NCBI RefSeq assembly: GCF_006345805.1
Contig: NC_043002.1
Location: 88,660,001-88,724,000 of the forward strand
Direction of reading: 5' to 3'
Length of the DNA stretch: 64,000 nucleotides
Source of the DNA: Octopus sinensis
Taxonomy: Eukaryota
The notes under the pieces: model-generated
What the model was told of the DNA's origin: nothing
What the model saw: only the letters and a program-made list of their open reading frames with translations
Database searches by the model: none
Part shown: one piece after another, positions 11,140-23,287 of the stretch
How the letters are laid out: every line of letters begins with the position of its first letter
Position numbering within the stretch: position 1 is the first letter of the stretch
Program-made: the position numbers and the translations under genes

Positions 11140-11552
11140 TATACTCTTTTACTCTTTTACTCTTTTACTTGTTTCAGTCATTTGATTGCGGCCATGCTGG
11201 AGCACCGCCTTTAGTCGAGCAAATCGACCCCGGAACTTATTCTCTGCAAGCCCAGCACCTACTCTATCGGCTCTTTTGCCGAACCGCTAAGTTACGGGGA
11301 TGTAAACACACCAGCATTGGCCGTCAAGCAATGCCAGGGGGACAAACACAGACACACAAACACATACACACACATATATATATATACACATACACGACAG
11401 GCTTCTTTCAGCTTCTGTCTACCAAATCCACTCACAAGGCATTGGTCGGCCCGGGGCTACAGCAGAAGACACTTGCCCAAGATGCCACGCAGTGGGACTG
11501 AACCCGGAACCATGTGGTTGGTTAGCAAGCTACTTACCACACAGCCACTCCT
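11140..11552 (-). mobile_element. SINE family A, full length
   Basis: (TACTCTTT)n tail through to the head CTTACCACACAGCCACTCC. Confidence 0.9.
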
Positions 11553-11717
11553 ATATACATGATGAACTTCCTTCAGTTTCCACCATAAAGTTTTGCTCAG
11601 CCTTGGGTTACAATAGAAGATGTTTGACCAAAGTTTAATGCTGTGGGATTGAACCCAGAACCATTTGGTTGGAAAGAAAACTTCTTATCAGACAGCCACA
11701 CCTGCTCTTATAGTAAT

Positions 11718-11920
11718 AGAATTAATTATTGGATGATTATTGTGTAGTAGAATTAATTATTGGATTGTAGAGTTAATTGATAAGTTGGGGATTTAATTAT
11801 TGGGTTATAGATATAATTATTGGACGGTAGACTTAATTAGTGGGTCATAAACTTGATTAGTCAGTAGCAGATTTAATTATTAACTAGTGAGTTTAATTAT
11901 TAGATGGGAGATATAATCAA
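11718..11920. repeat. Degenerate minisatellite of about 20 bp, rich in TAATTA
   Basis: About 10 units resembling AGA(A/T)TTAATTATTGGAT. Confidence 0.6.
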
Positions 11921-12224
11921 TTTTTAATGTTATCTCAACAGATTTTCTAGAGAAACCAGGGTCAGTACTGAAAGATCGTCATATGTGACTATATCCATGT
12001 AAACAATGTGATTGAAGATAGAAAAATATATAATGGGTGGATATGCATATTTCAGGTCTTGCTCCTTCTTCAACACCATACCCAACCCATCAACCATCCA
12101 TAAACCAAAGGTATGGCCAGGTTCTAAAGTTAGGGAATGCAAGCACATAAAAAAAGGTTCTGTAACACATGCCAAACAATTTCTAACTCATTTTCCTTTC
12201 ATTAGTTATAATATATTTTACATT

Positions 12225-12415
12225 AGAGCAGCTGTATGGTAAGTAGCTTGCTTACCAACCACATGGTTCCGGGTTCAATCCCACTGTGTGGCACCTTGGG
12301 CAAGTGTCTTCTACTATAGCCTCGGGCCGACCAAAGCCTTGTGAATGGATTTGGTACACGGAAACTGAAAGAAGCCTGTCGTATATATGTATATGTATAT
12401 ATATATTTATGTATA

Positions 12416-12451
<36 letters not shown>

Positions 12452-12722
12452 TGTATGTATGTATGTATGTATGTATGTATGTATGTATGTGTGCATGTGT
12501 GTGTATGCATGTTTATGTGTCTGTGTTTGTCCCCCCAACATCACTTGACAACCGATGCTGGTGTGTTTACGTTCCCGTAACTTAGCGGTTCAGCAAAAGA
12601 GAACGATAGAATAAGTACTAGGCTTACAAAGAATAAGTCCTGGGGTTGATTTGCTCGACTAAAAGGCGGTGCTCCAGCTTGGCCGCAGTCAAATAAATGA
12701 CTGAAACAAGTAAAAGAGTAAG
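12225..12722 (+). mobile_element. SINE family A, full length, with expanded (TATG)n linker
   Basis: tRNA-like head (TGGTAAG..GGTTCAATCC), CCTTGGGCAAGT, linker, second module, tail. Confidence 0.9.
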
Positions 12723-12869
12723 AAAGTATTCATTAATTTCATGTTTCAGTAACAATACCATTATGCGTGAAACTGACAACCAGTGATATAGGTGTGACAT
12801 GATGAAGATGAAACCCCCACGAGATTGTCCAGTGTTGAGAGGTAATGACGTCAGGGTTTGTTTTTGTTC

Positions 12870-13115
12870 TTCAGATATCTATTTCTTTATTACCCACAAG
12901 GGGCTAAACATTGAGGAGAAAAACAAGGACAGACGAAGGTATCAAGTCGATTACATCGACCCTAGTGCATAACTGGTACTTAATTTATCGACCCTGAAAG
13001 AATGAAAGGCAAAGTCGACCTCAACGGAATTTGAACTCAGAATGTAACGGCAGACAAAATACCGCTAAGCATTTTTCCCGGCATGCTAACGTTTCTGCCA
13101 GCTCGCCGCCTTCAG
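12870..13115 (-). mobile_element. SINE family B, full length
   Basis: Family consensus. Confidence 0.85.
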
Positions 13116-13489
13116 AGGCAACCAACACATCACAGGAGATTGAGCAGACAGTTCAGAAACACTTATAGGTAGGTCAAATAAAGTAATGACTCCAGAAAGT
13201 TCTTCCAAGGCCATGCAATAAACAAAACAAAAGAGGGATTCAACATTTATCACACAAGTGAACCAAAGAGTGAAAATTATTTGTTGAAAAGGCACCAAAT
13301 TTGAAAATGTGCTCAGCATCAGTCACTTTCCTTGTTCCTCTATTAGCTACACTTCTGCCATGAACATATTGCTTAAATAGCCACCAAATTTAGCAGTGTA
13401 ACACAAAAAGATATACCAATTATACATTTTAAACACATTACTGGCAACTGGTATGTACTTATTAAATTCTGTATTTCATTATGCAACCA

Positions 13490-13840
13490 TAATATTAGGT
13501 AGGGGGTGCTCTGAAAGGGGATTCAGAGAATAGTGTCCCTGTCTTCCTGGGCTAGTTTTCCACCACATTTCTTAAAAATCGTGGTAGAGGCCTTGGTCTT
13601 GGGACCACTCATGTCTAGAAACTGAGGTTGGAAGTAAGCAATGGCATGCTCCCCATAGAAAATCCAGCTTGAAAAAAGCCTCATGATTGCAAGGAAGAAT
13701 GGGCACCAGCTAGTGCAGAGGTTGCGGTGGTCTGCACCTACCTGCCTCAGTTGCTATGGCATTGAGGTAGATCTGGCCACCCCCATTAACGGGGACAAAA
13801 CCCAGATTTAAAACACTGGATGATGATGATGATGATGAAT
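13490..13840 (+). mobile_element. Unclassified SINE-like repeat ending in (GAT)n
   Basis: GC-richer block ending TAAAACACTG(GAT)6; only one copy in the window. Confidence 0.35.
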
Positions 13841-13879
13841 ATTGTTCACTGTATTTCATTATGCAGCCATTATATACTA

Positions 13880-14100
13880 ACAAGTATTTTGGTTTCAAAT
13901 CTTGGCACAAAGCCAACAAGTTCAGAGGAAGGGGCAAGTCACTCATATCAACCTAGTGCTCAACTGGTACTTATTTTATTGACCCCCCAAAAGGCTAGAA
14001 AGGCAAAGTCGACCTCAACAGCATTTGAATCAGAACATAAGGATGGACAAAATGCCACTAAGTATTTGGTCCAGCATGCTAATGATTCTGCCAGTTCGTC
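13880..14100 (-). mobile_element. SINE family B
   Basis: Family consensus. Confidence 0.8.
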
Positions 14101-16347
14101 AGTTTAACTAAGGAAGTGGTGGTTTTTCATTGTTGCAAACAACCCCAATGCCAAACTGGCATTTGAAACAATTATATTATCCTTGCCATTATGAAGGTGT
14201 TCATCGTATGTGCTTAAAGAAATTCAAAATATAGTCAACCAATAAAATGTTTGAAAGCAACAACAGAACCTCAGACATATGTTATTGCAGTCATGTCAGG
14301 AACAACGCTGTACTGTCTTGCAAGAATAGAGTTCTGTACTGCAATAGCAATATTGTGCAATTGTTCTGTAGGCAAATTACTAGTTAATTACTTTAACAAA
14401 CAGAGTTTGGTAAAGTAATTAACATGCATAATGTTTGTTTGGACAGAAGAAGGGAATTATTGATTTTTAGGTATTGATTATGTTGTATCACTCAGCGTTT
14501 TTAGCCCCAGGTCAGCATTCATCAAGCAGAACAATGATTAAAATTATTTTAGCCATGATCATCAGATTTTACTGTTATTTCTCAGTTTATTGAAACAAAG
14601 GGTTTGGAAATTTAAGATTCTTGTATGTGAAACCAAAAAACAGATTTAACACAAATCTCAAAATATTTCTGACAGTTATTGTAAGAAAAAATTTTATACT
14701 GTGACTCATACCAGAATGTTGTCTTTTTCAAGATATATCATATATGACATTAATATTTAATGAGTTTATTTCTATTTTTAAGTGTTGAGCAAGATTTGAT
14801 TGCAATTTACTGCATTCAAGCTTTGATTGTGTCTCCATGTCTTGGTGTATTATCTTTAAGTCACGGTTGCATTTTTAAGTGATTGTACATGTTGAAAGAG
14901 ATTAGATTCTTTAAGTAAGCTTCAATTTTAATAATCTCCATGAAGATTATCTGTTAAAGGAGTGCATGTGTAAAGATATTCCATATGGTATATAATAATA
15001 GCGTTACCATATGAAAAAGAAAAAGTCCAATGGAGTCATTGTCATTCACTTCAAAATAATAGAAAACGTCATTAGCTCTTTTTTAATTAATTTTATACCC
15101 TACCAATATTCCACAAGGAATCACATTGAAAGTATTTTCATTAAAATTCCTGTCAGGAATATTCCTTGAATTGTGCTTTCACTGTTTTCAGTCTTTACAA
15201 ATATTTTCTAGTCTCACATACAAAAATTCCAGGTTCCCAAACTCCTTGTTTTTTCTTTTCTTTTTTTTTTTGTTGATGGCAGGGGTGGGGTTAATAATTC
15301 GAGAATCATTTGAATAGTTTGATAGAGATATAAAATAATAATTATTCTAATTTTAACCATCTTGTAAAAATTATGTCTTATTTGGCAGACTTAGTGCCGC
15401 ATCAGACAAAATATCTTGTGATATTATTTACCTTCTTTTATGATCTTAGTTCTTATTGCAATCAAGGTGACTTTGATTTTTATTCTTCTGAGATCAATGC
15501 AATTAACGCGTGTCAAATGCGGGAGCTGGTATAATTGACTATACTCATAAAGGTGCTACTCCAACATGACCACAATCCAAGGAGAGAAATTAGTGAAAGA
15601 ATGGTTTGTATTTTTGGTCAACAATTGTAGGGCATGCGATACATCAATTACATTAACCACAGTGTTCAACTGGTATTTATTTTATCGACCCCAAAAGGAT
15701 GAAAGGCAAGGTTGACCTTGGAACATAATGAGCCAGAAGTTCCACAAAGCATTTTGTCTGACTTACGAATCAGTTTGAAAACAATAAGTGTTTCTCTGTT
15801 TCTAGAGAGGAAAATGCAATCAATTACGTGATCATTGTACATCAAAGGTCTTTATCAATGGATGTTCAATGGTCTCCATTAATGAGAGCAAATGATTATC
15901 CTTTACAAATCATGGAACCTCCGCCTAACATTCATCTAAACTGGGGCATGTAGAATTAAGTGTCCTACACAGAAATACAACCAATATCAATGACATATAA
16001 ACTCACAAACTGAGAATTGATTATCCAATACAATGTCTACATGGCTTGTTTGCATCTACTACTTGGTATGTAAGAATTAATTAATTGATAGGTGTCACAC
16101 AAATAATTAATTAGTTGGTAGTTGTCAGACTAATAGCCAAACAGTTGTACAGTGTAAAACCTGAAATTAGAGTGAACTGTTGATGGTCTCCATTAACAAC
16201 AATTAATCTATAGTAGAGTTGCATTACCGTGATGAAGTTTAATATTTAGGGTTCTGAGAGAGTGAGAAAAGGTGAGTTAAAGTACTTTCATGATTTTGAT
16301 TGCTCAAAACTAAAGTATTTGCCCATTGTTCAAGTAACAACACCAGT

Positions 16348-16745
16348 CGAGGTGCAATAGCCCAGTGGTTAGGGCAGCGGGATCGTGGTCGGAGGATTGC
16401 GGTTTTGATTCCCAGACCGGGCATTGTGTGTGTTTATTGAGTGAAAACACCTAAAGCTCCACGAGGCTCCGGCAGGGGGTGGTGGCGACCCCTGTTGTAC
16501 TCTTTCGCCCCAACTTTCTCTCACTCTTTCTTCCTGTTTCTTGTCCCCAACTTTCTATGCAACCGCTGAGCCTGGATGCGCATTCATCCATCCATCATGC
16601 TCTCGGTGTCGGGGGTTGACCTGCTTTCTCTTCTGCGGGTCTTACGAATAGCAAAGGATCACATTTCGGACTTCTCCCGAGGTGCAATCTTGCGAGCTCT
16701 GGGATGAAGACCGCTTCGCTCAGCAAACAAACAAACAACCAACAA
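16348..16745 (+). mobile_element. SINE family F with a (CAAA)n-tailed 3' end
   Basis: Head AGCCCAGTGGTTAG..GATTCCCAGACC and body shared with 27075 and 43117; 3' part differs. Confidence 0.8.
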
Positions 16746-16889
16746 CACCATTTTCTCTCCATCTTCCTTGCTCTAAAACAAATTCTTTTCACCTTTCGGT
16801 ATTTGAACTTGTCATACTTTTCCACAATTTCTTCACTTGTATGGCATCATGAAATAAGACACTTAAAACTTCCACTGCCCAGATGATTC

Positions 16890-17828
16890 TTATGTGCACA
16901 CACATACATACACACATGTACATACACACACATATATGCACCCGTACAGACACACGCACTCACACATACATACCTCCCACATAAACCACATGAACATACA
17001 TATACCTCCAACACACACACACAACTCACACATACATGAGCACACATACACGCACACACACACACACACACACGTGCTCACACAAGAATGCACATATACC
17101 TCCACACACACAACCCTATGCACACACTCACATTCACACATGCACATACACACACACATGCACACACACACATGTGCACACATGTACAGGAACACACATA
17201 TACCTCAATACAGCCCCACACACACATATACACACACATGCACACACGCACACTCAACCACATGCACATACACACACATACATACACACACACACACAAG
17301 AACGCACACATACCTCCACACGCACATCCCCATGCACACACACATATACACACGCACACAGACACACGCATGCACACATGAACGCACATATTCTTCCCAC
17401 AAAAACCACATATATGCACAACACACAGATACATGCACACACATACATAGATGCACACAATTAGATTCACACGTGCATACACACATGCACATACATGCAC
17501 ACATGCACGCACACACAAAGGAGCACACATATGCCTCCACACACACATGCATGCACACACATACACACACACATGCACACCTATGCACATATGTATGCAC
17601 ATACACACATGCATGCACACATGCCACACACAAAACACACACACACACAATTTACACATACATGCACATACATATATATATATACACACACATACACACC
17701 CTTCAGACTGACCATCCCATCCACACACATGTGAAGAAACATACAACTACACAAAAGACCACCACAGCTGCTGAATTCTTCCTATAACATTAACAGACAT
17801 ACACAGATAAACAGTTAATACCACACAC

Positions 17829-17882
<54 letters not shown>

Positions 17883-17885
17883 ACA
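16890..17885. repeat. Complex (CA/CATA)n low-complexity tract
   Basis: Direct reading. Confidence 0.9.
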
Positions 17886-18404
17886 CTCTTGCACTCCCAC
17901 ACATACACACAATATCTCCACTTACACTCTCCTGTCTTAGAAAAAACTTTTTCTCCATACGTTCCCTTCCTGTCATTTCAAAATGTAACTACCTGTGGAT
18001 CGTTGATGATTTTTTTCCTCCCTCTTCTTTTTCTCTTGGACTTTCCTCTGTCTCCTGTTTCTGAAAAAGAGCTTTTGCTTAAAACATTAAACAACCTTTC
18101 TTTCCTTCCCTGAGCATCTTTTAATACTTTGCATGTACCATGTCTGTGTATTGCTTTTTTCTTGAGTTTTCTTTCTTCGTTTTTTGGGGGATTAACTATA
18201 TATATTAATTTCGTTTTTGGATTTGGTTTGCAAGATTCTTTATGTGAGTTCATGTATTGAAGCATAGTCTACTATTGAAAAGGTTGCAAGACGCAACGAA
18301 AATTTTAGAAAGGAAAAGAAAAAAGCGGAAATTTTACCGGTGAGTGTGTTAAATCATAAGGCACCAAAAGATAATGACTCTCCCCACACATAACAGTATA
18401 TATA

Positions 18405-19061
18405 TTAAGTCGTCAAATATGAAATTTGTAGTAAGATATATGGTAAACTTTGACAGCTGTTTATTTTGCGCCATTAATATATTTTGACAATCTTTATGTT
18501 TTGTTAGAAAGCTGACACATCTATTTCTTTATTCTAACTCATTCTGCACTTTATGAAGTATTTATAAATCATTTTTTTTGCTATTTTTGTTAGCAGCTCG
18601 GAATATTAATGGAGTATTTCATTCCAATGTATATTACACAGCAGACGTTATCAAATTGGTTTACAAAATTTCGTTCTGGTAATTTTGACCTCACAAATGA
18701 GAAACACAGTCAACCAGAAATAAAGGTGGATAATGATGAACTGAGAGGCACCATCGAGTCAGGTCCATCTCAAAGTGCCCATGAATTATTGTTGTTGTCT
18801 GGTGTTTGAAAACAAACAATGTTAACTCACCTAGTTCAAATCTATAAAGTGAAAAAGTTGTATAAGTGGGTTCCATATGAACCCAATGAAAATCAGAAAC
18901 AGCAACGTTTGGAAGCCTGCATTATGCTACTTTCTTGTCACAAAAATGAATCACTTTTTAATCAAATTGTAACATGTAATAAAAAAGGGATCCAATGCAA
19001 CAACCGTAAACGTTCAACCCAAAGAAGAAATTTTCTACAAATTTCATATTTGACAACCTAA
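18405..19061 (+). mobile_element. Internally deleted mariner element
   Basis: TA-flanked TIRs TTA(A/G)GT(C/T)GTCAAATATGAAATTTGTAG. Remnant reads TLSNWFTKFRSGNFDL..VDNDEL and KVKKLYKWVPYE..IVTCNKKG (WVPHEL and TCDEKW motifs). Confidence 0.9.
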
Positions 19062-19069
19062 TATATAAA

Positions 19070-19106
<37 letters not shown>

Positions 19107-19108
<2 letters not shown>

Positions 19109-19444
19109 CAGGAGACCCCTTTGGTCATGAATGATCATGGGATTGCACCTAGAAAGTTACCCTCCCAGGTAGAAGTCCGGGCAAGATTGTTTGTGGAAAG
19201 CCAGCAGTCGCCCATGCATACCGGCCTCCCCTCTCCACACCACTGATGTTATCCAAGGGAAAGGCAAAGGCTGATACAGCTTAGCTCTAGTGATGTTGCA
19301 ACTCATTTCTACAGCTGAGTGAACTGGAGCAAAATGAAATAAAGTGTCTTGCTCAAGAACACAACGCACAGCCCAGTCCGGGAATTGAACTCACAACCTC
19401 ACGATCATAAGCTTGACACTCTAACCACTGAGCCATGCGCCTTC
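19107..19444 (-). mobile_element. SINE family D, full length
   Basis: Matches 29250-29578; head GCGCATGGCTCAGTGGTTAGAG..GAGTTCAATTCC. Confidence 0.9.
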
Positions 19445-19458
19445 ACACACACACACAT

Positions 19459-19504
<46 letters not shown>

Positions 19505-19520
19505 TTTATTATATAGAAGG

Positions 19521-19571
19521 AGCTTCTACAGGACTAGTACTGTTTCATTCAAGAGAAATCTTCAGGAAGCT
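19521..19571 (-). ncRNA. Hammerhead-like motif, left arm
   Basis: Exact reverse complement of 21104-21154. Confidence 0.5.
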
Positions 19572-19890
19572 ATTTAACAAGAATTGTATTAGCATTTATA
19601 CATTTAGGCAGGTTTAAAGGAGTGGTGGTGGGGGACTTTTTTGGGGGTAGGCATAGCGCAAAATATCATACTTGGGGGAGTGGTCAAGGAGTCAGAGGTA
19701 AGTTAGGTGAAAGAATAGATAAATAAAAAATAAAAAATAAAAAATAAAAAATAAAAAATAAAAAAATAAAAAAATAAAATGTGTGCACATACATACATAA
19801 ACACATATACATACACACACACATACGTACACATGTGTGCCTATACATACCTACACATACACGCATACACATACATATATATATATATAT

Positions 19891-19961
<71 letters not shown>

Positions 19962-20121
19962 CGTATGTATGTGTTTGTGTGTATATGTATGTAGGTGTGT
20001 GTATGTATGTGTGTATATATATATATATATATGTGTGTATATATGTTTGTGTATGTATATATATGTGTATGTATGTGTGTGTATATATATGGGTGTGTGT
20101 GTATGTATGTATGTATATGTG

Positions 20122-20153
<32 letters not shown>

Positions 20154-20281
20154 TGTATGTATATGTATATATATATATGTACATGTATGTGTGGGTATAT
20201 ATATATATATATATATATATAGGTATGTATCTGTATGTAGGAGTATATATATGTGTGTGTGTGTGTGTATGTGTATATGTG

Positions 20282-20317
<36 letters not shown>

Positions 20318-20649
20318 TATGTATATTTATTGGTGTATATATATAGACTAGCCTCCTAAAGTGTAGACATGAATCTGTAGGTATGAGTACGTATGTGTAT
20401 ATACGTGAACGTATGTAGATGTTTGTATGTATGAATATAACGCGTGCGTACGTGTATGTGTATGAGTGTACGAATGGGTGTATGTACGTGCTAATGAGTG
20501 TGCGTGTGGGAACGAGTACTTGCCTTCTAGTAGACAGACAATTTGGACATGCTGCCATCGCCAGGATCCTTAGCTCTAGCGATCAAAGATAACAAAAGTA
20601 ATAAATGAAGATAATAAAATTAAAATTAGGGAATGGGCCTGTATTGGAT

Positions 20650-20782
<133 letters not shown>

Positions 20783-21103
20783 ATATATATATATATATAT
20801 GTATGTGTATGCGTGTATGTGTAGGTATGTATAGGCACACATGTGTACGTATGTGTGTGTGTATGTATATGTGTTTATGTATGTATGTGCACACATTTTA
20901 TTTTTTTATTTTTTATTTTTTATTTTTTATTTTTTATTTTTTATTTTTTTATTTATCTATTCTTTCACCTAACTTACCTCTGACTCCTTGACCACTCCCC
21001 CAAGTATGATATTTTGCGCTATGCCTACCCCCAAAAAAGTCCCCCACCACCACTCCTTTAAACCTGCCTAAATGTATAAATGCTAATACAATTCTTGTTA
21101 AAT

Positions 21104-21154
21104 AGCTTCCTGAAGATTTCTCTTGAATGAAACAGTACTAGTCCTGTAGAAGCT
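21104..21154 (+). ncRNA. Hammerhead-like motif, right arm
   Basis: AGCTTC-CTGAAGA-T-TTC(TCTT)GAA-T-GAAAC-AGTACT-A-GTC-CTGTA-GAAGCT. Core, palindromic stem III and GUC site are present; stem I is offset by 5 nt. Confidence 0.5.
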
Positions 21155-21254
21155 CCTTCTATATAATAAATTAATTTTACTCTGCTATGTATTGAGTACC
21201 TTACTTACTGTGGTTAACCCCGGATCAACCCGGGACCTACATATATATATATAT

Positions 21255-21415
21255 ATATATATACGATAGGTTTCTTACAGTTTCTATCTGCCAAATCCAC
21301 TCACAAGGCTTTGGTTGGCCTGAGGCTATAGTAGAAGACACTTACCCAATGTGCCATGCATGGGACTGAATCCAGAACCATGTGGTTGGGAAACAAGTTA
21401 CTTAACACACAACCA
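21255..21415 (-). mobile_element. SINE family A, 5' module only
   Basis: Family consensus. Confidence 0.8.
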
Positions 21416-21444
21416 CATGTAATATATATATATATATATATATA

Positions 21445-21602
<158 letters not shown>

Positions 21603-22276
21603 GATGTGTGTGTGTGTGTATTTACCAACTGATGACTATTTAACTCTATTCTCATGACTGAATTTTAGGTCTTTTGAAATTTGTGGCTTTATTCCAGTAT
21701 GCTAAAATTATATTATCACTATTGAATTATCAAGATAATTAAATAAACTGATAACCTCTTACCTATTGTTTTTCTGGTGAATGGCCTGTCAGAATAACTC
21801 ACTCCAAAATGTTTCTATTTTTCTATAGTAACAAATATGTTATTTCTTAGAAATTTAGCAAGTTATAATTAGGTTATAGTTTACTGATGATTCCAAAATT
21901 ATGCACAAATATGTACAAAGTTGTCTCTTCTTCTTACCAAATTTCTTTCATGATCCATGCTTTTTCTGTGCCACTCGCAGGATTGGGGTCACCATGCAGC
22001 ACAGAAGACTATGAATTCTGGTTGGATGAGGAGGTCAGCTTCATGTTAGGGAACAAGAGGATTACTATGAGAAGTGGGTACAGAGCAAGTTTTTGTAGAG
22101 GAATCTGCATGTAGACTCACATCTAGACATTAATTTTTTTCTTTCTTTCCCCCATCTCTTACATACACACCCCTATTGGTGTCTACTCTGTTACTTATTC
22201 CACTATAAATCTCACAACTAAAAAATCTGTATATACATGTGTGTGTGCATGTGTCTGTGTGTGTGTGTGTTGTGTG

Positions 22277-22311
<35 letters not shown>

Positions 22312-22569
22312 GTGCGCGCGTGCGTGCGTGCGTGTGCGTGCGTGCGTGTGTGTGTGTTTGGTGATTTCTAAGGTATGTTTGTTCCCAAACAACACTTATT
22401 TTAGTGCTGATGACACCCCTGGATTGAATGGTACTGCCTAGGTGTCAAAACCATAATGATATATGTGGGGCAGCTGATGATGGGGGTGTGTTGGATTATT
22501 GGTATGGCTGTTATTGTATGTGTGGAATATTTTTATATGACATCCATTTGATATATATAACTATATATG

Positions 22570-22800
22570 TGTGTGTGTATCTTTGAGCCTGTGTTTGTCC
22601 CCCTCCCCTCACTACTTGACAACTGGTGTTGGTGTGTTTATGTCCCCATAACTTAGTGGTTTGGCATAAGAGACCAATAGAATAAGTACCAGGCTTGACA
22701 AAAAACATAAGTACGGGGGTTGATTCATTTGACTAAAATTTCAAGGTGGTGCCTCAGCATGGCCACAGTCTAATGACTGAAACAAGTAAAAGATAGAAGA
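22570..22800 (+). mobile_element. SINE family A, 3' module only
   Basis: Family consensus following a TA/TG tract. Confidence 0.75.
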
Positions 22801-22825
22801 TATAAATATATATTTGTATATATAT

Positions 22826-23204
22826 AGGCACAGGCGTGGCTGTGTGGTAAGTAGCTTGCTTACCAGTCACATGGTTCCGGGTTCAGTCTCATTGTGTTGT
22901 ACCTTGGGCAAGTATCTTCTACTATAGCCTCAGACCGACCAAATCCTTGTGAGTGGATTTGGTAGACGGAAATTGAAAGAAACGTGTCGTATATGTGTGG
23001 GTGTGGGTGTGTATTTGTCCCCCTACCATCACTTGACAACCAATTTTAGTGTGTTTACATCCCCGTAACTTAGTGGTTCGGCAAAAGAGACCGCTAGAAT
23101 AAATACTAGGCTTGCAAAAAATAAGTCTTGGGGTCGATTTGTTTGACTAAAGGCGGTGCTCCAGCATGGCTGCAGTCAAATGACTGAAACAAATAAAAGA
23201 ATAG

Positions 23205-23205
<1 letters not shown>
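22826..23205 (+). mobile_element. SINE family A, full length
   Basis: Family consensus. Confidence 0.9.
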
Positions 23206-23243
<38 letters not shown>

Positions 23244-23287
23244 CGTGTGTGTGTGCATGTATATATATATATATATGTATATATATA

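Noticed and set aside
11930-12242. Overlapping ORFs and exon-like signals on both strands (12056-12110 plus, 12082-12123 minus)
   Set aside because: No recognisable homology and no way to choose a strand; unresolved without RNA data.
12225-12300. tRNA genes at the heads of SINE families A, B, D and F
   Set aside because: A/B-box-like motifs run directly into SINE bodies in many decayed copies, with no complete cloverleaf.
14230-14400. Protein-like open frames (EQLHNIAIAVQNSIL.. minus; TEPQTYVIAVMSG.. plus)
   Set aside because: Weak splice sites, no recognised family, and phases do not chain with the other candidates.
17988-18055. Minus-strand exon candidate KQETEESPREKEEGGKKSSTIH
   Set aside because: Purine-rich low complexity keeps frames open by chance, and the pyrimidine tract is short.
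22407-22450. CTGATGA followed by a GACACC/GGTGTC stem
   Set aside because: The stem consumes core bases and GAAA is absent.
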